32,000 bases of DNA, taken from positions 5,340,001 to 5,372,000 of the forward strand of contig NZ_CP064923.1 of the NCBI RefSeq assembly GCF_018336915.1. The letters run 5' to 3'. How positions within the stretch are numbered: the stretch's first letter is position 1; every line of letters starts with the position of its first letter. This document shows, piece by piece, positions 25,903-32,000 of this stretch. Source of the stretch: Acaryochloris marina S15. GTDB lineage: Bacteria > Cyanobacteriota > Cyanobacteriia > Thermosynechococcales > Thermosynechococcaceae. The translations under genes were made by a program, and so were the position numbers. Below the pieces are notes generated by a model. The model was not told the origin of the DNA. It did not search any database and worked only from the letters and a program-made list of their open reading frames with translations.

Positions 25903-26583
25903 TCAGTCAGTCGGTAATAGCTGACCATCTTCCATCTGGAGAATCCGATCCGCCATATCTAGAATACGGTTGTCGTGAGTCACCAACATGACCGTACAGC
26001 CTTCTTCTTGAGCCAGCTTTCGCATAATTTCAACGGCATCCCGCCCCGTCTTGCTATCAAGGGCAGCAGTGGGTTCATCGGCGAGGACCAGTTTGGGATA
26101 GCTGACGAGGGCGCGGGCAATGGCGACTCTTTGTTTTTGTCCCCCCGATAGACTTGCGGGATGGTAGTTGACATGTTCTCCTAAACCCACGGATTCGAGG
26201 ATTGCGATCGCACGCCCCTTACGTTCCTCCAACGTCAAATGGGTATGCAGCTTCAAAGACATGCGGACATTCTCTTGAGCCGTTAGACAGTCCAGCAAAT
26301 TATGGGATTGGAAGATAAAACCAATCTGCTGACGGAGCTTGACCAGCTTTTTTTTGGGAGCACCCAGGAGTTCTTGGCCCAGGAATTTGAGGCTGCCTTC
26401 CTGTTGCGATCGCAACGCCCCGATCAGCGTCAAAAGTGTGGTTTTTCCGCTCCCCGATGGTCCCATCAGGATCACAATCTCACCGGGATTTAAATCCAGA
26501 CTAATATCCTTAAGCACAGGCTTCCGCAACTGCCCTTTGCCAAAGGCATGATTCAGATGGCGAATCGAAACAATCGGGTCCAT
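25903..26583 (-). CDS. devA: DevA-family ABC exporter ATP-binding protein
   Basis: 226 aa. Walker A GPSGSGKTT, signature LSGGQKQR, Walker B LVLADEPT. It is the last gene of a devB-devC-devA arrangement. Confidence 0.9.
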   Translation of the reverse strand: MDPIVSIRHLNHAFGKGQLRKPVLKDISLDLNPGEIVILMGPSGSGKTTLLTLIGALRSQQEGSLKFLGQELLGAPKKKLVKLRQQIGFIFQSHNLLDCLTAQENVRMSLKLHTHLTLEERKGRAIAILESVGLGEHVNYHPASLSGGQKQRVAIARALVSYPKLVLADEPTAALDSKTGRDAVEIMRKLAQEEGCTVMLVTHDNRILDMADRILQMEDGQLLPTD

Positions 26584-26586
26584 CGG

Positions 26587-27840
26587 TTAAAACACATCCG
26601 CAGGATCAGCTTGGCGCAGCTTCTGGGTCGCAATCCCCCCCGCCCCCATGCACATAACGATCGTTAAAATAAATACCTGTGCCATCACATCGGGTCGCAA
26701 GCTCAAGGGGATTTTCGTTAGAGAACTCAACAGGCTATACACCCCAATGGATGCCACGCATCCGGGCACAAAGCCCAACACCGCCAAAATCAATGCTTCC
26801 TGCAGAACAACACGCAGCAAAGCATTATCAGCAAACCCCATCGCTTTTAAGGTGGCATACTCGGGCAGATGTTCCAGCACGTCTGAATAGAGCACCTGAT
26901 ACACCACAATTACCCCCACCACAAAGCCCATCATCGCCCCAAAATTAAGGACAATACCACTCGGATCCGCTTCGTAAAAAGCCACTTCCTTCTGGATCAG
27001 TTCCTCACGGGTCAACACCTGGATAGATGACGGTAAAGCTTGTTGGAGTTGCGTTTGTACTTGCAATGGGTCAGCCCCTGCATCTAAACCCACTAACCCT
27101 AAGCTGACGTTATCTAAACTCTCGGGACCGTTTCGGGCTAAGTAGTTTAAGTCACTCATAATGACGTGACCTTTCGTGAATAGGGTGCTTCCCAACGTAA
27201 ACAAGCCTGCTATTTGAGTGCGACGGTTCCCCATTACGGTTGTCAGCTGTGGTTTTTGAGTGATTAAAGCTGGAATAGGTCCCAAGCCATCCTGAGACAG
27301 CCGGTCGTAGAGAATCGTATCGGGTTCTTTTAACTTGTCCAGTTGCTGATTGATTTCAGGCAGGGCAAAGGCAGGTTGAGCAAGGTTGAAGGCCAGAATC
27401 TTGACCCTATCAGGGAAGATTTCTATCTCTTTATTGTCTGACTTGGCTTGGCCTGGGGGAGACAGCAACTCCGGGGGAATAGGATGTTCGACGGGTAGTT
27501 GCTCAGGATTGATCCAGTCCACCCGTCCCATGATGTATAAGGGGTAGGCTGTAGCCACACCTGGAACCGCATTGGCTTGGTAGAGATAAATCTGCGCAAA
27601 GGTCTGAAACCCCAACGCCCGAGAGTAGGAAGACATCAAGAACAGATCGCCCTGGAGATTCTCATGAACCAAAGTAATGCCATCAAACAACACTGCCCGA
27701 ATTCCCAGTTGGGCAAACATCAAAATATTGGCAAAGGCTACCCCCGTCAGGGCGACGGCCAAACGAGCCTTTTTATGGGAAAGCTGTGCCCAAGCCAAGG
27801 GGCGTTCAGCCGTTAAATTTCGGAGTTGTCCCCATTTCAT
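26587..27840 (-). CDS. devC: DevC-family ABC exporter permease (FtsX-like)
   Basis: 417 aa. An N-terminal TM segment, a large periplasmic loop and a C-terminal FtsX-type 3-TM bundle. It is positioned between the devB and devA homologs. Confidence 0.85.
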   Translation of the reverse strand: MKWGQLRNLTAERPLAWAQLSHKKARLAVALTGVAFANILMFAQLGIRAVLFDGITLVHENLQGDLFLMSSYSRALGFQTFAQIYLYQANAVPGVATAYPLYIMGRVDWINPEQLPVEHPIPPELLSPPGQAKSDNKEIEIFPDRVKILAFNLAQPAFALPEINQQLDKLKEPDTILYDRLSQDGLGPIPALITQKPQLTTVMGNRRTQIAGLFTLGSTLFTKGHVIMSDLNYLARNGPESLDNVSLGLVGLDAGADPLQVQTQLQQALPSSIQVLTREELIQKEVAFYEADPSGIVLNFGAMMGFVVGVIVVYQVLYSDVLEHLPEYATLKAMGFADNALLRVVLQEALILAVLGFVPGCVASIGVYSLLSSLTKIPLSLRPDVMAQVFILTIVMCMGAGGIATQKLRQADPADVF

Positions 27841-27851
27841 CTAGTTGTCTC

Positions 27852-29021
27852 CTAGAGGTCAATCGTGACTCTGACTTGCATATTTGTAAGGCCAGCGACA
27901 ATAGGGCTATCGTCCTGATCGATGCGGATGGAAACATTCACGATCCGGGCATTTTCATCCGTGGTTGGATTGTTATTTCCTGTGGACAAGGTGCGAGGGT
28001 CAATCTGGAGACCAACATCATCCACAACCCCCTGAATTTCTCCCTTAAATCCACCATATTCACTGAGAATAGTCGCTCGTTGACCTTTATTAATCTTGGT
28101 AATATCGGTTTCATACACTTCGGCCAGGACATACATTTGCTCTGTTCGGCCTAAATCAACGATGCCAAGCTGGGTATTCACCTGCTCCCCGACTTTGGTA
28201 TTGATCCGGAGAATCTGTCCGGGAATTGGGGCTTGAACTTGGGTGTCGTCGTAATCTGCCCGCCGTTGCTCCACTTCAATTAAGGCCCGTTGTAGTTCGG
28301 CTTGAGCAATGGTGACATCAATCGGACGGATTTGCTGGAGTTCGGCTAACCGGGCCTTTTCTTCTTGGATTTGTGCTTTTAAAGTGGTGACGGTTTGCTC
28401 CAAAGAAGCAATTTGGGCCGCTAGGGTGGCGCGAGTGGTCTCAAATTCTTCGCGAGCGGTGTCTACTTCTGCCCGACTAATGGCCCCCTGTTGATAGAGC
28501 TGTCGTCGACGTTGGTAGGTCAGTGCTGCCTCCCGCAAAGAGGCTTGAGCACTGACAATCTCGGCTTCTTTTTGTTTAATCTCGACAGGAAGTTGAGTTT
28601 TCAGCCGTATTACAACAGCTTGCTGGGCAGCGATGCCACCGGGTTTGGCATCCCCTTGTTTAGCTTTGATGAGACGTGCTTGTGACAGTTTGACGTTAGC
28701 TAGCGCGGCTTTCAAATCCTCTCGCCGCCGATCGGCCCCTTGGAGGGTGGCAATCACTTGATCCTTGCGCACGCGGTCTCCCTCTTTGACCAAAAGCTGA
28801 TTCACTCGACTGTCTTCAGCATTGGAGACCGATACTTTGATCACGCCAAATTCAGGAATAATCTTGCCCCGAGCTACCACTCGGCTGGATTTGACGGTGG
28901 TAGGAGTGGGAGTAGGGGTGGGTTGAGCTTGCAGTAATCCACAGGCACTCATCAAGAATGAGGCTCCTAGGATGACTATCAACTGTTTGCAGTCTCGTCG
29001 CTTTGCTCCTGGGACCGTCAT
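27852..29021 (-). CDS. devB: DevB-family membrane fusion protein (HlyD-like), probable lipoprotein
   Basis: 389 aa. Signal/lipobox-like FLMSAC and a PTPTPTPT linker. It has a biotinyl-lipoyl-like hairpin, a long coiled coil (AQIASLEQTVTTLKAQIQEEKARLAELQ) and a beta-barrel domain. Confidence 0.85.
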   Translation of the reverse strand: MTVPGAKRRDCKQLIVILGASFLMSACGLLQAQPTPTPTPTTVKSSRVVARGKIIPEFGVIKVSVSNAEDSRVNQLLVKEGDRVRKDQVIATLQGADRRREDLKAALANVKLSQARLIKAKQGDAKPGGIAAQQAVVIRLKTQLPVEIKQKEAEIVSAQASLREAALTYQRRRQLYQQGAISRAEVDTAREEFETTRATLAAQIASLEQTVTTLKAQIQEEKARLAELQQIRPIDVTIAQAELQRALIEVEQRRADYDDTQVQAPIPGQILRINTKVGEQVNTQLGIVDLGRTEQMYVLAEVYETDITKINKGQRATILSEYGGFKGEIQGVVDDVGLQIDPRTLSTGNNNPTTDENARIVNVSIRIDQDDSPIVAGLTNMQVRVTIDL

Positions 29022-29595
29022 GCATACCTCTAAGTCAATGAAGCATCAAGCAACTTGCTTCAATTGTAGACTTACATTCTCAAGTTGTTGTTTCTTTAGT
29101 TGATTTAGTATGCCAATAAGAATGCTGGGAAACTCGATGGAAACCTGGTGCTTTGCCTAGAAGAACAGCAGGTTCTTGCAAAATTGGCTAGAAAATTAAC
29201 TCATATTGACGTTTGCTGCGCCCCAGGGCTGATGAGCTGTCATCTCAATTGGATCATTCTCTTTAATACAGCAAGCAGAATCTTCAGGCTGGCTGTATGC
29301 TTTGATATGAGAGGGTTTGGAGTAGGTGGAGTAGTTTAGGAGCAAGGGATAAGCCTTTGCAATAATCCTCAGCACCTCAGAAATAAACTGCTAAAATCTA
29401 AACCGAGTGCTCTAACAGGGAATCATAAAATAGTATGCTTGAACTAGTAGGTAATGTTCTTAGTTTAAAGTGTTAATCCCTGTTGATCTTGCCGTAGAAA
29501 GATCACTTTTGTTGATGTCCAACTTTTAATATCCTCACTGCCTCAACTTCCCGCTTCTGCTACGGAATGGGTGTCAAATTGCGTTCTCAACTTGA

Positions 29596-31650
29596 ATGAC
29601 TACCCCCCGCCTCCACCCCGATACGATTGAGCAGGTTCGCCAAGCCACAGACATTGTCGATGTGGTTTCCGAGCATGTCAGCTTGCGTAAGCAGGGGCGC
29701 AACATGGTGGGATGCTGTCCGTTTCACGATGAGAAAACCCCCAGCTTTAGCGTCAGCCCGGAAAAACAGTTCTATTACTGCTTTGGCTGTGGGGCTGGGG
29801 GCAATGCCATCAAGTTTTTGATGGAGATCGGGCAGCGGTCCTTTGGGGAAGTTGTTCTGGATCTGGCGCAGCGCAGCCAAGTACCGATTCAAACCCTGGC
29901 CAAGGATGAAGAGAAAAAGCTGGCCCGCAAGCTGTCCTTGCGTGAGCAGTTGTATGAAATTCTTGCGATCACAAGTCGGTATTACGAACATTCCCTCCGC
30001 CAACCCCCAGGTCTATCTGCCCTCCGCTATACTCGTGACCAGCGTGGGCTAAGCGATGACACCATTCAAACCTTTCAACTGGGCTATGCCCCTGGGGGCT
30101 GGAGTACCCTCCATGATGTGTTGGTACAAGAGAAAGGCTTTACCCCTGATTTAGTTCAGCAGGCGGGCTTGATTTTGCCTCGCAAGTCTGGGGGTGGGTT
30201 CTATGATCGATTTCGCGATCGCTTAATGATACCGATCCACGATGCCCAAAGTCGGGTAGTGGGATTTGGTAGCCGGACTTTAACGGGGGAAGAACCCAAA
30301 TACCTCAATTCCCCAGAAACGGAACTCTTTAACAAGGGCAAACTCTTATTTGGCCTTGATAAAGCCCGTCAAACCATTGTTAAAGCCGATCGGGCGGTGG
30401 TGGTTGAAGGCTATTTTGACGTGATTGCCCTCCATTCCGTGGGCATCACCAATGCCGTCGCCTCTATGGGAACGGCCCTGAGCTTGGATCAGATGCGGCA
30501 GTTGCTGCGCTATACCGGATCCAAGCAGGTCATCCTTAACTTTGATGCGGATGCTGCCGGAGGTAAAGCCGCAGAGCGAGCTATCTCCGAAGTGGAAGAT
30601 CAAGCCTATCGGGGGGAAGTGCAGCTCCGGGTCTTGAATTTGCCCAATGGCAAAGATGCGGATGAATATCTTCAGGAATACACCGCAGAAGACTATCTAG
30701 ATCTACTCGATACCTCTCCTCTCTGGCTAGATTGGCAAATCCAGCGAGCCCTCAAGGATCGCGATTTACAGCAAGCCGAGCAGTTCCAGGCGGCAACGGA
30801 AGCGATTGCGGCTATTTTGGGCAAGCTGCCCAATGCCACCCTGCGCACCCACTATACCCATCGCTGTGCTGGCCTTCTCAGTCAGGGGGATTCTCGCCTA
30901 GCCCTGCAGCTAGAAGAAGCCCTACGGCAGCAGGTTCGCGGCCAGCGCTGGCATGGGCGATCCCAAAAATGGCAGCGGCCTGCAGACTACACCCTGCGAG
31001 AAGCGGCTGAAGCCCAAATCCTTCGCATTTATTTGCATCGACCGCAGTTTCGGCAAGATATTCACAACGCCATGAAGCAGCGGGATATTGAATTTAGTTT
31101 TTCCCACCATCGGTTTTTATGGCGGCAAATCTTAGCCATTGAAGAGGATCAAGCCAAGCTAGAGCCCGTCCATGCTGAATTTGACTCCCCTGCCTTTGAT
31201 CTGATCGCCGTGGTGCAGGATCTGTGTACCGAGTATTCGCAAGAAATTCAGCAGGTTTACCACCTGATTCAGCTCAACGAAAAAACGGAACTGGATATTC
31301 TCCGACCCAACCTCTCGATTCGAGCAGCTGCAGCCAGCTTAGAGCGGATTGCTTGTGAAAAGCGCTGTCGGCATCTGCTGCAAATGTGGGAATCGGCGAT
31401 GAAGTCTGCGAAAAAAGAACTGGGTCAGCGGCAAATCCTCAACACCTATCTGCAACAAATGCTGATGGATGAATCGGAACAGGCCCAGAGTTTACTAGAG
31501 GAAGAATCCTTTTGCTTGCAAGAGCTGGATGAAATCAAACGGCTGTACTACCAAGAAAAGCGCTATTTGCAACAGCTAGATCAACAACGCTGTGTAGCTC
31601 TAAATGATTTCAGTGAGTTGATGGAAAATCCCCAGCTCAATTTGAACTAA
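29596..31650 (+). CDS. dnaG: DNA primase DnaG
   Basis: 684 aa. Zinc ribbon CCPFHDEKTPSFSVSPEKQFYYCFGCGAGGN. TOPRIM region VVVEGYFDVIALH...NFDADAAGGKAAERA. Confidence 0.95.
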   Translation: MTTPRLHPDTIEQVRQATDIVDVVSEHVSLRKQGRNMVGCCPFHDEKTPSFSVSPEKQFYYCFGCGAGGNAIKFLMEIGQRSFGEVVLDLAQRSQVPIQTLAKDEEKKLARKLSLREQLYEILAITSRYYEHSLRQPPGLSALRYTRDQRGLSDDTIQTFQLGYAPGGWSTLHDVLVQEKGFTPDLVQQAGLILPRKSGGGFYDRFRDRLMIPIHDAQSRVVGFGSRTLTGEEPKYLNSPETELFNKGKLLFGLDKARQTIVKADRAVVVEGYFDVIALHSVGITNAVASMGTALSLDQMRQLLRYTGSKQVILNFDADAAGGKAAERAISEVEDQAYRGEVQLRVLNLPNGKDADEYLQEYTAEDYLDLLDTSPLWLDWQIQRALKDRDLQQAEQFQAATEAIAAILGKLPNATLRTHYTHRCAGLLSQGDSRLALQLEEALRQQVRGQRWHGRSQKWQRPADYTLREAAEAQILRIYLHRPQFRQDIHNAMKQRDIEFSFSHHRFLWRQILAIEEDQAKLEPVHAEFDSPAFDLIAVVQDLCTEYSQEIQQVYHLIQLNEKTELDILRPNLSIRAAAASLERIACEKRCRHLLQMWESAMKSAKKELGQRQILNTYLQQMLMDESEQAQSLLEEESFCLQELDEIKRLYYQEKRYLQQLDQQRCVALNDFSELMENPQLNLN

Positions 31651-31789
31651 AGGCGCGAGACTGTAAGGACGCTGCAAGCCTGAGATCGAGATTTACCAAT
31701 TTCCCTAAACCTGAAATGAATGACGGTATCGCTGCCGATGGCTAAACTCTGGGGCTAGGATTGAAGAGATGCCTACGTAGACTCTTCCT

Positions 31790-32000
31790 ATGGCCACAAA
31801 AAAGCAATACAAAAATTTTGCCGAGCTCTTAGCTGGATCAGATAAACCATTACTGGTCGATTTCTATGCAATTTGGTGTGGGCCTTGCCGAATGTTAGTG
31901 CCCATCCTGGATCAGGTCAGCACTCTGTTGAAAGACAAGGTACAGGTGGTCAAAATTGACACAGAGCGTTACCCAGAGCTGGCAACGGAATATCATGTTC
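31790..32000 (+). CDS. thioredoxin (N-terminal 70 codons; continues beyond the window)
   Basis: My own translation gives MATKKQYKNFAELLAGSDKPLLVDFYAIWCGPCRMLVPILDQVSTLLKDKVQVVKIDTERYPELATEYHV, which contains the WCGPC active site. Confidence 0.85.
   Translation, partial: MATKKQYKNFAELLAGSDKPLLVDFYAIWCGPCRMLVPILDQVSTLLKDKVQVVKIDTERYPELATEYHV

Noticed and set aside
29022-29595. The 570-bp divergent spacer between devB and dnaG, including the 63-aa ORF at 29148-29339.
   Set aside because: The ORF is Cys-rich and has no RBS or motif. The spacer probably holds the two promoters. I could not identify convincing -35/-10 pairs or a structured RNA by inspection.
29587-30003. 138-aa ORF antisense to the 5' part of dnaG. 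Similar shadow ORFs include 7595-7936, 7733-7978, 8750-9013, 16771-17127, 18327-18587, 21691-21978 and 26679-26948.
   Set aside because: All lie fully inside strongly supported genes on the opposite strand or in another frame. Their sequences are low-complexity or Arg/Pro/Ser-rich and carry no recognisable motifs. They are typical shadow ORFs.
1-32000. A search by eye for CRISPR arrays, tRNA/rRNA genes and long tandem repeats.
   Set aside because: I saw no regularly spaced direct repeats, no cloverleaf-like conserved tRNA boxes in intergenic regions and no rRNA-like sequence. A tRNAscan, Infernal or CRISPR-finder run would be needed to exclude small RNAs formally.

Overview
This is a cyanobacterial-type chromosomal segment. 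The HIP1 palindrome GCGATCGC occurs about 14 times by eye, and devBCA, a Uma2 endonuclease gene and many TPR/HEAT genes are present. Housekeeping genes sit at both edges: the purL 5' part on the left, dnaG and a thioredoxin on the right. The interior is a mosaic accessory region. From left to right it contains: Uma2 endonuclease, HEAT-repeat protein and GST; an IS630 element with TIRs; a methyltransferase/ATP-grasp pair converging on an Ldh_2 oxidoreductase/MFS pair; and an IS1 element with an A7 frameshift site, long IRs and a perfect 8-bp target duplication. Next come an AT-rich islet encoding a 571-aa mini-lipoxygenase with a non-PLAT N-terminal domain, a membrane-TPR protein, a relic of a ChrR-type cupin anti-sigma gene, a TetR regulator, and a PAS-PAS hybrid histidine kinase. 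After that there is an ECF sigma / soluble cupin anti-sigma pair divergent from a secreted DUF4331 protein and a His-rich TPR protein, then a higBA module, a signal-peptidase-I homolog, a hicB-hicA module whose toxin carries an amber codon, and devBCA. The most unusual structure lies at 22.1-26.4 kb. Each of the two toxin-antitoxin cassettes is followed by a diverged but coding-conserved duplicate of the 3' end of the neighbouring host gene (TPR gene, devA). The breakpoints fall in HIP1 palindromes. The two displaced gene ends face inward and bracket a LepB-like gene whose nucleophile Ser is replaced by Gly. I found no rRNA, tRNA or CRISPR array.
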